Assembly: GCA_012839605.1 (NCBI GenBank)
Contig: DUNA01000006.1
Coordinates: 11-64,010 of the forward strand
DNA length: 64,000 bases
Source of the DNA: Bacteroidales bacterium
GTDB taxonomy: Bacteria; Bacteroidota; Bacteroidia; Bacteroidales; UBA932
Direction: 5' to 3'
In this document: positions 55,855-64,000 of the stretch, one piece after another
Layout: each line of letters starts with the position of its first letter
Position numbering within the stretch: position 1 is the first letter of the stretch
Translations under genes and position numbers: made by a program
Notes under the pieces: generated by a model
What the model was told of the DNA's origin: nothing
The model's input: the letters and a program-made list of their open reading frames with translations, nothing else
Database searches by the model: none

Positions 55855-57099
55855 ATGGAAGGTTTAAATCTGATCAGTACATTCGCGGAATTCAAGGAAT
55901 TAAAAAACATAGATCGCCCTACTATGATGAGCGTTCTGGAAGATGTTTTTCGTTCCCAATTGACTAAGATGTATGGAAGTACAGATAACTTTGACATAAT
56001 CATCAATATTGACAAAGGAGACTTTGAAATCTGGAGAAGCAGAGAGGTTGTGGAAGAGGTGGAAGATCCCAATACTCAAATCTCGCTTGCAGAAGTTTCA
56101 AAAATTGATGATTCCTACGAAGTAGGAGAATCGTATGCAGATGAGGTTAAGCTCTCGGAATTTGGCCGTCGCGGCATCCTTACGCTCAGACAAAATTTGG
56201 CCGGAAGGATTATGGATATTGAAAAGGCTAATGTTTATGCCAAATACAAAGAGCGCGTAGATGAAATTTTGGTAGGAGAAGTGTACCAAGTCTGGAAAAA
56301 AGAAGTCCTCGTTTTAGACGAAGAAGGAAACGAACTCATCTTGCCCAAAACAGAACAAATACCTACCGATTACTTCAGAAAAGGAGATACGGTAAGAGCT
56401 GTTGTGTTGTCCGTAGAAATGAGAAACAACATTCCCATCATTACGCTCTCCCGTACTTCTCCAAAATTCTTGGAAAGACTTTTTGAACAAGACGTGCCGG
56501 AAATTTACGACGGATTGATTACCATCAAAAAAATTGTTCGTATTCCGGGAGAAAGGGCAAAGGTAGCCGTAGAGTCGTACGACGACCGCATTGACCCCGT
56601 TGGTGCCTGCGTTGGAGTAAAAGGTTCTCGTATTCATGGAATTGTCAGAGAATTAAGAAATGAAAATATAGATATCATCAACTGGACAACAAACCCGCAA
56701 TTGCTCATTCAAAGGGCATTGAGTCCCGCAAAAATTACGTCCATCAGGATTAACGAAGAAGAAAAGCGCGTGGGTGTATATTTGAAGCCAAGTGAAGTAT
56801 CTTTGGCCATAGGCAAAGGCGGGTCCAATATCAAATTGGCCGGTATGCTCATTGGATACGAAATTGACGTATTCAGAGAAGTAGATGAAGACGAAGAAGA
56901 CGTCATGCTGGACGAATTCAACGATGAAATTGACCAGTGGATTATAGATGCTCTTAAGCAAATTGGCTGCGACACGGCAAAAAGTGTACTGGCCATTCCC
57001 ATTCCGGAATTGATTAGAAGAGCAGATTTAGAAGAAGAAACAGCGGCAGATGTTGTACGCATCCTCCGCTCAGAATTTGAAAACGATACAACAGAATAA
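55855..57099 (+). CDS. nusA: Transcription termination/antitermination factor NusA
   Basis: 414 aa with an S1 domain '[14 protein letters not shown]'. The KH domains read '[27 protein letters not shown]' and '[22 protein letters not shown]'. Confidence 0.93.
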   Translation: MEGLNLISTFAEFKELKNIDRPTMMSVLEDVFRSQLTKMYGSTDNFDIIINIDKGDFEIWRSREVVEEVEDPNTQISLAEVSKIDDSYEVGESYADEVKLSEFGRRGILTLRQNLAGRIMDIEKANVYAKYKERVDEILVGEVYQVWKKEVLVLDEEGNELILPKTEQIPTDYFRKGDTVRAVVLSVEMRNNIPIITLSRTSPKFLERLFEQDVPEIYDGLITIKKIVRIPGERAKVAVESYDDRIDPVGACVGVKGSRIHGIVRELRNENIDIINWTTNPQLLIQRALSPAKITSIRINEEEKRVGVYLKPSEVSLAIGKGGSNIKLAGMLIGYEIDVFREVDEDEEDVMLDEFNDEIDQWIIDALKQIGCDTAKSVLAIPIPELIRRADLEEETAADVVRILRSEFENDTTE

Positions 57100-57115
57100 G
57101 ACTAAGGAATCATAT

Positions 57116-60025
57116 ATGTCGGAAAAGCAAGGTATTCGCATAAGCAGAGTTGTCAAGCAATTTAATATTGGGATTGGAACACTTACCGATTTTCTTAAAG
57201 AGAACGGTATAGACGTAGATCCATCTCCCAATAGCAAGATTTCACCGGATGCTTATGCTCTTGTTGAAAAAGAATTCAACAAAGAGTTGAAGCTTAAGGA
57301 AGAATCTAGAAAAATCATCTTGAAAGTGAAAGATGTCGTTCAAGATGACACTTCTGCTACACCTGCGTCGACTCCGGAACCGAAGGCGGAACCGAAAGCG
57401 GCCCCCAAAACGGAACTGAAAGCCGAGCCCAAGCCTGAGCCCAAGCCCGAGCCCAAACCGGAACCAAAACCGGAATCCAAACCGGAACCAAAGACGGCGC
57501 CGAAAGCGGCCCCCAAAACGGAACCAAAAGCCGAGCCCAAGCCTGAGCCCAAGCCCGAGCCCAAACCGGAACCAAAAAAACAAGAGCCGAAACAGAAAAA
57601 GGAAGCTGAGCCTGCAAGCAAAGAAAAACCAACTGCCAAAACAAAAGAGGCAGAAGCCGGCCCCGTAGTATTAGGGAAAATTGACCTCACTCAATTTGAC
57701 AAAGCCGCTGCAACAAAAGAAAAGACTGCTGAAGAAAGTCCAAAAGAAGAAAAACCGGAAAAAAAGGCAAAAACAGCAGCCAAACCAAAAGCAGCAGCCA
57801 AACCAAAAGAAAAGAAACCGGTCAAAAAGGCAAAAACAACAACTGTTTCTGAACCAAAACCTGTCCATATTCATACAGAGGTAGAAAAATTAGCCGGTCC
57901 CAAAATTACCGGCCAAATAGATTTGTCCCAGTTTGACAGAAAAAAACAGACGGAGCAAAAAGAAAAGCCAAAACAAGAAAGGCAAAAAACAAAACGGGAA
58001 CGTATTCAAAAACCTCAGAGAGAGCGTGTGGATGTCAGCAAAGTCTCTACAAGACGCACAGATGGTGCAAGAAGCAAAGGTCGTGGAAAAGAACGTTTCA
58101 AACCCATTCATCCCGAAGTGGACCAAGATGCCATCCAAAAACAAATCAAAGAAACGTATGCACGAATGACTGAAGGCAGAGGCAGAACTAGAGGAGCCGC
58201 CAGACACCGTCGTGAAAAACGTGAAATTGTGAGCCAAAGAATGGCACAGGAGATGGAACGCAAAGAAATGGAAAGCACCGTTCTGAATGTTACCGAATTT
58301 GTTACAGTCAACGAATTGGCTACGCTCATGGATGTGCCTGTCGTTAAAGTCATAGACGCTTGTATGAACTTGGGCTTAATGGTATCCATCAACCAGCGTT
58401 TGGATGCAGAAGCCATGGTTCTTGTAGCTGAAGAATTTGGCTTTGAAGTAGAATTTGTGACGGCAGATCTGCAAGAAACCCTTCAAGAAGAACAGGACAA
58501 TCCCGCAGATATGCGTGAAAGACCTCCCATTGTCACCGTCATGGGACACGTTGACCACGGAAAAACCTCTTTGCTAGACTACATCCGTGATTCCAATGTC
58601 ATTGCCGGAGAAGCCGGAGGCATCACACAACATATAGGTGCGTACAGCGTTCGTTTGGAAAGCGGTCGCCTGATTACTTTCTTAGACACTCCGGGTCACG
58701 AAGCCTTTACGGCCATGCGGGCGCGAGGAGCCAAAGTAACAGACTTGGCCATTATCATCATAGCAGCAGACGATGCCATCATGCCGCAAACGGTAGAAGC
58801 CATCAACCATGCTTCTGCAGCCGGTGTGCCTATGGTTTTTGCCATCAATAAAATTGACAAACAAGGAGCCAACCCGGAAAAGATTCGAGAACAATTGGCC
58901 AATATGAACATCTTGGTAGAAGAATGGGGAGGCAAGTACCAATGTCAAGAAATTTCCGCAAAGAAAGGAACGAACATAGACAAGCTCCTTGAAAAAATAC
59001 TTTTGGAAGCCGATTTGTTAGAGCTGAAAGCCAATCCCAAAAGACGTGCCAGCGGAACAGTCATTGAATCTTCTCTTGACAAAGGACGTGGTTATCTGGC
59101 TACCATTTTAGTACAAAACGGAACCTTGGAACAAGGCGATATTTTGTTGAGCGGATGTTGTACAGGCCGCGTAAGGGCTATGTTTAACGAACGCGGTCAA
59201 AGGGTCACTGAAGCCGGTCCCTCCCACCCCGTATCTGTATTGGGTCTAAACGGTGCTCCTGCAGCAGGGGAACTGTTCAACGCCATGGAAGACGAAAAAG
59301 AAGCGCGTGATATTGCAGCCAAAAGAGAGCAGTTGATTCGTATTCAAGGAATAAGCACACAAAAACACATTACCCTTGAAGAAATAGGCCGCCGTATAGC
59401 AGTAGGCAATTTCCAAGAGCTGAACATCATTGTTAAAGCGGACGTAGACGGTTCTATAGAAGCTCTTTCAGATTCTCTCATAAAATTGAGTACAGAAGAA
59501 ATTCAAGTGAACGTCATCCATAAAGCAGTGGGAGGCATCTCTGAATCAGATGTGTTGCTTGCCACTGCCTCGAATGCCATCATCATAGGGTTTCAAGTCC
59601 GTCCGTCTGCATCTACCAGGAAATTGGCGGAAAAAGAAGAAATTGAGATCCGTCTTTACTCTGTCATTTATGACGCCATAGAAGATGTTACCAAAGGAAT
59701 TGAAGGCATGTTGGCGCCCATGGAAAAAGAAGAGATTACGGCTACTGTGGAAGTTCGTGAGATTTTCAAAATTTCACGCATTGGTACCATTGCAGGTTGT
59801 ATGGTGAAAGAAGGAAAAATCACAAGAAACGCCAAAGTACGAATCATCAGAGACAGCATTGTTGTCTATACCGGCACATTGGGATCGCTCAAACGTTTTA
59901 AAGACGATGTCAGAGAAGTGCAAACCGGATACGACTGCGGATTGAACATTGATGGATACAACGACATCAAAGTAGGTGATATCGTAGAAGCCTATAAGAT
60001 TGTTGAAGTAAAGAGGACTTTGTAA
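57116..60025 (+). CDS. infB: Translation initiation factor IF-2
   Basis: Starts at '[12 protein letters not shown]'. A Lys/Pro/Glu-rich repeat linker precedes the G domain, which has '[16 protein letters not shown]', 'DTPGHEAF' and 'NKID'. Confidence 0.93.
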   Translation: MSEKQGIRISRVVKQFNIGIGTLTDFLKENGIDVDPSPNSKISPDAYALVEKEFNKELKLKEESRKIILKVKDVVQDDTSATPASTPEPKAEPKAAPKTELKAEPKPEPKPEPKPEPKPESKPEPKTAPKAAPKTEPKAEPKPEPKPEPKPEPKKQEPKQKKEAEPASKEKPTAKTKEAEAGPVVLGKIDLTQFDKAAATKEKTAEESPKEEKPEKKAKTAAKPKAAAKPKEKKPVKKAKTTTVSEPKPVHIHTEVEKLAGPKITGQIDLSQFDRKKQTEQKEKPKQERQKTKRERIQKPQRERVDVSKVSTRRTDGARSKGRGKERFKPIHPEVDQDAIQKQIKETYARMTEGRGRTRGAARHRREKREIVSQRMAQEMERKEMESTVLNVTEFVTVNELATLMDVPVVKVIDACMNLGLMVSINQRLDAEAMVLVAEEFGFEVEFVTADLQETLQEEQDNPADMRERPPIVTVMGHVDHGKTSLLDYIRDSNVIAGEAGGITQHIGAYSVRLESGRLITFLDTPGHEAFTAMRARGAKVTDLAIIIIAADDAIMPQTVEAINHASAAGVPMVFAINKIDKQGANPEKIREQLANMNILVEEWGGKYQCQEISAKKGTNIDKLLEKILLEADLLELKANPKRRASGTVIESSLDKGRGYLATILVQNGTLEQGDILLSGCCTGRVRAMFNERGQRVTEAGPSHPVSVLGLNGAPAAGELFNAMEDEKEARDIAAKREQLIRIQGISTQKHITLEEIGRRIAVGNFQELNIIVKADVDGSIEALSDSLIKLSTEEIQVNVIHKAVGGISESDVLLATASNAIIIGFQVRPSASTRKLAEKEEIEIRLYSVIYDAIEDVTKGIEGMLAPMEKEEITATVEVREIFKISRIGTIAGCMVKEGKITRNAKVRIIRDSIVVYTGTLGSLKRFKDDVREVQTGYDCGLNIDGYNDIKVGDIVEAYKIVEVKRTL
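57392..57577 (+). repeat. Two 78-bp near-identical copies with 108-bp period (plus internal 12-bp EPKP units) inside infB
   Basis: The copies at 57392-57469 and 57500-57577 differ at 2 positions. They encode 'PKAAPKTE(L/P)[17 protein letters not shown]'. Confidence 0.85.
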
Positions 60026-61227
60026 CCTTTTCGTATAAGGTAGACAAGTGCCAACAGAATGACCACAAAAAGCTGCGTCCTCAGGCGCGTGTGTATGTTG
60101 TTGCGCGTAATCACCAATTCAGAATCTTCCTGCGTAAGTTTTTTCCACTTCTTCAGAGTAGGGATATCTCTGAAACCATATTTAGCTACAACTACTCCCT
60201 CTTTGAGAACCATCAACCCGGGTGAAGATCTTATCATAGTCAAAAGCAAAGTCCTATCTGCCCTATATATGGGTATTTCTATCCCCTTGGCTCTCATGAT
60301 GGGTTCCAATTCTTGAGCAGAAAGACCGCTTATGGCATATACGGGAAGATGTTGTGACTGCCTTTCTTCTACCAACGCTTTTAGCTCATTCAACACCTTA
60401 TCCGTTATATGATAATCAGAAGAAAACAGCAACAAAAGGGATGTTTCTTTCTCCTGCAGAAGCGAATCTGTCATAAGGAGGCCCGCTGAATCGAATACAG
60501 AAAAATCTGTTATTTTATGGCGCACGCCCGTTTTGATTTCTTTTGTGTGTGAAGCCACAAAAGTCCAACTGCTATCGGGCAGGTTTTCCGGTTCAAACAC
60601 CTCTTGTTTTCCGTCCTTACTATATATCAATTCTGTTTTAAACAAAAACTCGGGTCGAGTCCGTGCTTCTTCCAATAAAAAGGCTATATCGTTACCTACT
60701 TTAAATCCTCTGAAATCTACAAGGGGAAGATGGCGGTAACTGTATATAGAAACTGCCACGACTACTGCAGCAAAGAAAGCACAAACAGGCCACTCTGCTC
60801 CCGGCGGAGCTACAGGGGGCGTTCTTTTTCTTTGAACAAACAACAGAATGGCAAAAGGCAAAAACAGAAGGTTTTTAAAAAACGTTTGCCAGTTGGTCAA
60901 TGTGACAGCCTCGCCAAAACATCCGCAATCGCTAACGGGATTAAAAAGTGCCAAATACAATGTGAGTAAGGTAAAAAACACCATAAACAACAACACTCCC
61001 CAGGCCGTCCATTGCTTCCTAAAATCCAATAAGAGCATAATCCCAAGCAAAAACTCTACGGCAGACAAACCAATAGAGCCTGTCAATGCCAACGGATCCA
61101 GAAAAGACACGTGAAAGGCATGAAAATATTCTGTTAAAATAAGAGAAAACCCTACCGGGTCCACTGCCTTCACGATGCCTGAAAACACAAAAAGAAAACC
61201 TAAAACAATACGGGCTGTTTTTCTCAT
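59992..61227 (-). CDS. DoxX/MauE-like membrane protein with C-terminal thioredoxin-fold-like domain
   Basis: 411 aa. The N-terminus has 4 TM helices and '[13 protein letters not shown]', a MauE/DoxX-type motif. A soluble ~200-aa domain follows, then a terminal TM helix. It overlaps the infB 3' end by 34 nt (convergent). Confidence 0.55.
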   Translation of the reverse strand: MRKTARIVLGFLFVFSGIVKAVDPVGFSLILTEYFHAFHVSFLDPLALTGSIGLSAVEFLLGIMLLLDFRKQWTAWGVLLFMVFFTLLTLYLALFNPVSDCGCFGEAVTLTNWQTFFKNLLFLPFAILLFVQRKRTPPVAPPGAEWPVCAFFAAVVVAVSIYSYRHLPLVDFRGFKVGNDIAFLLEEARTRPEFLFKTELIYSKDGKQEVFEPENLPDSSWTFVASHTKEIKTGVRHKITDFSVFDSAGLLMTDSLLQEKETSLLLLFSSDYHITDKVLNELKALVEERQSQHLPVYAISGLSAQELEPIMRAKGIEIPIYRADRTLLLTMIRSSPGLMVLKEGVVVAKYGFRDIPTLKKWKKLTQEDSELVITRNNIHTRLRTQLFVVILLALVYLIRKGYKVLFTSTIL

Positions 61228-61892
61228 GAAAGATACGGTTTGATGCGTTCAAATATCTCTTGCCACTCTGCCATCTTGCCTTGATTGTCTTTGCATGATA
61301 TCAAATGGAAAGAGGGGTCTAAAGTGGCTTGTTCCAAATATACTTCCCTAACTTGTTGCTGAAATTCTACAGAAGCTTCGTGGATGTCTTCTTTTCCTTC
61401 CAAGTAGTGTCTGTCGTCACCGGTACGTGCCGCTACCAAATTGTTTTTTACGAAGTCAAGCGGTACGTCCAAAAACAAATTGATATCCGGTTTGGGAATT
61501 CCAAAAAAATCGTACTCCATCTGCAGTATAAATTCCCGCAAACGGTTCCTTTCCTCTTGACCGGCCAACTTGGCACACTGAAAAGCCACATTGGAATACA
61601 CATACCTATCCAATAGGACTATTTTGTCTTCTTGCAGCCATTGTGTAATCTGTGCGGCCTTTTCGAACCTGTTTCCGGCAAACAAAAGCGCTACCAGATA
61701 AGGATCCACGGCGTCGTTATCCCCGCTTTCCCCACGTAGAAAACGTCCTATAAGTGTACCGTATACAGGGGTGTCGTATTGTGGAAAATGCAGATACCTA
61801 AACGGTCTGCCTTGTTCTGTAAAATATGTTTGCATGGCTTTGAGCTGGGTTGATTTGCCGGCTCCGTCCAAACCTTCCAAAACTAATAACAT
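61224..61892 (-). CDS. tmk: dTMP (thymidylate) kinase
   Basis: 222 aa with P-loop 'LEGLDGAGKSTQ' and 'DRYVYSNVAFQ'. Confidence 0.85.
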   Translation of the reverse strand: MLLVLEGLDGAGKSTQLKAMQTYFTEQGRPFRYLHFPQYDTPVYGTLIGRFLRGESGDNDAVDPYLVALLFAGNRFEKAAQITQWLQEDKIVLLDRYVYSNVAFQCAKLAGQEERNRLREFILQMEYDFFGIPKPDINLFLDVPLDFVKNNLVAARTGDDRHYLEGKEDIHEASVEFQQQVREVYLEQATLDPSFHLISCKDNQGKMAEWQEIFERIKPYLS

Positions 61893-61944
61893 GATACAAA
61901 ATTACAAAAAAAACATGTCTGTGTTTTTTTTTTACTTTTGTTTT

Positions 61945-62739
61945 ATGAAAATATCTTTCCCGGCCGTTATGGGGATTGTCAATTTGACACCCGATTCTTT
62001 TTATGCAGGCTCTCGTGCCGCCCATGCCGCAGATGCTTTGGAACGTATAGAACGCATGGTATTGGAAGGAGCAGATATTGTAGATATAGGTGCTTGCTCC
62101 ACTCGTCCCGGCGCTCTAAGGGCTTCTGAAAAAGAAGAATGGCAAAGGCTGGAACCAGTTTTGAAAAGCTTAAGAAAGCATTTTCCCCATGTTGTTTTTT
62201 CTATAGATACTTTTAGATCGGGCATTGTAGAAAAAGCATACGAACTCATCGGGTCGTTCTGGGTTAACGACATCATGGCCGGTAGTGCAGATACAAATAT
62301 GGTCCCTTTGGTTGCTCGTTTGCAACTTCCCTGGATAGCCATGCATCAAGAACCTTTTGAAGGTACGCAAGGCGTGGCTCGTTTTTTTGCAGAAACAATC
62401 CGGACAGCCACAGAATGGGGTGTCAAGCAAGTGTTCTTAGACCCCGGATTTGGTTTTAATAAAGACACAAATCAAAATTTCATGGTACTAAACGCGCTGC
62501 CAAGCTTGGTGCCGACAGACAGCAGCGGAACGCCTGCGGCACCGCTGCTCGTAGGTATTTCCAGAAAACGGATGACGTACAAACCGCTGCACACCACCCC
62601 GGAGAACGCACTCGTTGCTACCTCGGCCCTTCACCTTCATTTGCTTTTTAAGGGAGTATCGGTTTTGCGTGTGCACGATGTAAAACCTGCCAAAGAAATA
62701 GTCGTCCTCTACAAAAAAATGAGTATATTTGAGAAATAA
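61945..62739 (+). CDS. folP: Dihydropteroate synthase
   Basis: Starts at 'MKISFPAVMGIVNLTPDSFYAGS', with 'DIVDIGACSTRPGA' and 'DPGFGF'. The upstream ORF extension overlaps tmk and was rejected. Confidence 0.88.
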   Translation: MKISFPAVMGIVNLTPDSFYAGSRAAHAADALERIERMVLEGADIVDIGACSTRPGALRASEKEEWQRLEPVLKSLRKHFPHVVFSIDTFRSGIVEKAYELIGSFWVNDIMAGSADTNMVPLVARLQLPWIAMHQEPFEGTQGVARFFAETIRTATEWGVKQVFLDPGFGFNKDTNQNFMVLNALPSLVPTDSSGTPAAPLLVGISRKRMTYKPLHTTPENALVATSALHLHLLFKGVSVLRVHDVKPAKEIVVLYKKMSIFEK

Positions 62740-62752
62740 AACATACATTATT

Positions 62753-64000
62753 ATGGAATTTAACCCCCTGCTGGCCATTTCTCCCATTGACGGAAGATAT
62801 TATAAGCATACGGCCCCTTTGAACCAATATTTCTCGGAATTTGCACTTATAAAATACCGCCTTCAAGTTGAGGTGGAATATTTCATTGCTTTGTGCAAGC
62901 TGCCTCTTCCTCAGTTAAAAGATGTGGATTCACGTTGGTATCCCATCTTGCGCAACATTTACAGAAATTTCTCCATCACAGACGCCAAAGTGATTAAAGC
63001 GCAAGAAAAAGTAACAAACCACGATGTCAAAGCAGTAGAGTATTTTTTGAAAAACAAAATGAAAGCTCTGGGTTTGAACAAATACTCAGAATTCATCCAT
63101 TTTGGGCTCACATCACAAGATATCAACAATACAGCCGTTCCCTTGAGCGTCAAGCATGCCATTGAAAAAGAATACCTTCCCATTCTTCAAGAACTCATAG
63201 CTTTGCTTACAGAGAAAGGAAACGAATGGGGTTCCGTTTCCATGTTGGCACATACACATGGACAACCGGCTTCTCCCACGCGAATGGGCAAAGAGCTTTT
63301 GGTATTTAAAGCAAGACTTGAAGAACAACTCAAGTTGCTGGAGCAAATACCGTTTGCCGGCAAATTTGGAGGCTCAACAGGCAATTTCAATGCGCACAAC
63401 ATAGCCTATCCTCAAATTGATTGGCATAAATTTGCAGAGAAATTTTTAAATAAAACATTACGCCTCCAACGTTCTTTCCCTACCACACAAATAGAACATT
63501 ACGACCATTTGGCGGCTCTTTGCCACAACTTGATAAGAATCAACACAATATGCCTTGATTTGGCCAAAGACATGTGGTCTTATATTTCCATGAATTATTT
63601 CAAACAACAGATAAAAGACCAGGAGATTGGTTCTTCTGCCATGCCTCATAAAATCAACCCCATAGACTTTGAAAACGCAGAAGGGAATTTGGGTGTGGCC
63701 AATGCACTGTTTGATCACATGGCTTGCAAACTGCCCATATCCAGACTTCAAAGAGATTTGACAGATTCTACCGTTTCTCGCAATCTTGGAGTGCCCATGG
63801 CGCATACTCTACTTGCTTTTAAAGCATTGCTAAAAGGCTTTGGCAAATTGTTCATCAACCGGGAAGCCATAGATAAAGACTTGGAAGACAATTGGGCTGT
63901 CATTTCAGAAGCCATTCAAACCATCCTCAGGAGAGAACATTACCCGCAACCCTACGAAACGCTCAAAGAATTGACGCGTACCAATTTGCATATTGACAAA
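62753..64000 (+). CDS. purB: Adenylosuccinate lyase (3'-truncated by the window edge)
   Basis: This ORF is not in the supplied track because it runs off the end. My own translation from the ATG at 62753 gives 'MELNPLLAISPIDGRY...HFGLTSQDINNTA...AHTHGQPASPT...GSSAMPHKINP...'. Confidence 0.9.
   Translation, partial: MEFNPLLAISPIDGRYYKHTAPLNQYFSEFALIKYRLQVEVEYFIALCKLPLPQLKDVDSRWYPILRNIYRNFSITDAKVIKAQEKVTNHDVKAVEYFLKNKMKALGLNKYSEFIHFGLTSQDINNTAVPLSVKHAIEKEYLPILQELIALLTEKGNEWGSVSMLAHTHGQPASPTRMGKELLVFKARLEEQLKLLEQIPFAGKFGGSTGNFNAHNIAYPQIDWHKFAEKFLNKTLRLQRSFPTTQIEHYDHLAALCHNLIRINTICLDLAKDMWSYISMNYFKQQIKDQEIGSSAMPHKINPIDFENAEGNLGVANALFDHMACKLPISRLQRDLTDSTVSRNLGVPMAHTLLAFKALLKGFGKLFINREAIDKDLEDNWAVISEAIQTILRREHYPQPYETLKELTRTNLHIDK

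Noticed and set aside
57242-57874. Several 67-116-aa ORFs antisense to the infB linker (G/L/F/R/S-rich)
   Set aside because: They are a direct consequence of the Lys/Pro/Glu-coding tandem repeats, and their translations are repeat artefacts.

Overview
This 64-kb window reads as a chromosomal segment of a Bacteroidota, probably Bacteroidales, genome. Supporting evidence is the presence of Bacteroidetes-restricted families (GLPGLI, BACON, HYC_CC_PP, CarbopepD_reg-type outer-membrane barrels, a GG-leader rSAM peptide system), TAnnTTTG -7 promoter motifs and an archaeal-type ProRS. All family calls come from motif recognition by eye; no searches were run.

Layout:
(1) 1-13.9 kb is an AT-richer accessory block. 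It holds two paralogous CarbopepD_reg outer-membrane barrels, one apparently frameshifted at its 3' end, and three GLPGLI paralogs, one split by a 1260-bp IS3-family element. It also holds a GG-leader RiPP locus: a precursor peptide, a pseudo-rSAM/SPASM protein, and a chimeric ORF joining a TPR-lipoprotein N-terminus to only the SPASM tail of a radical-SAM maturase. No CX3CX2C core is visible anywhere in the locus. A 45-bp direct repeat then brackets an AAA-ATPase insert.
(2) 14-20 kb is a GC-richer block with a C69 peptidase, a Tat-signal Gfo/Idh/MocA oxidoreductase and a HEAT + 2xDUF1080 protein.
(3) 20-24.4 kb is a three-lipoprotein operon that includes a ~980-aa BACON+GLUG repeat protein.
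(4) The remainder is mostly housekeeping: AsmA-like, kdsB, RelA/SpoT, SOD, peroxiredoxin, hisS, an NfnAB-like pair, sppA, tilS, proS, lpxD-lpxC-lpxA, nusA-infB, tmk, folP and purB. Interspersed in it are:
- a DUF134 / 2x NifX-like / 2x MinD-ferredoxin ATPase cluster;
- an initiator tRNA-Met;
- a GH9-deacetylase fusion;
- a His/Asp-rich TonB-dependent receptor with an HYC_CC_PP partner;
- a Trp/Tyr-rich repeat lipoprotein paired with a FadL-like barrel.

The most interesting candidate is the decayed or rearranged RiPP locus together with its adjacent GLPGLI/barrel paralog array.
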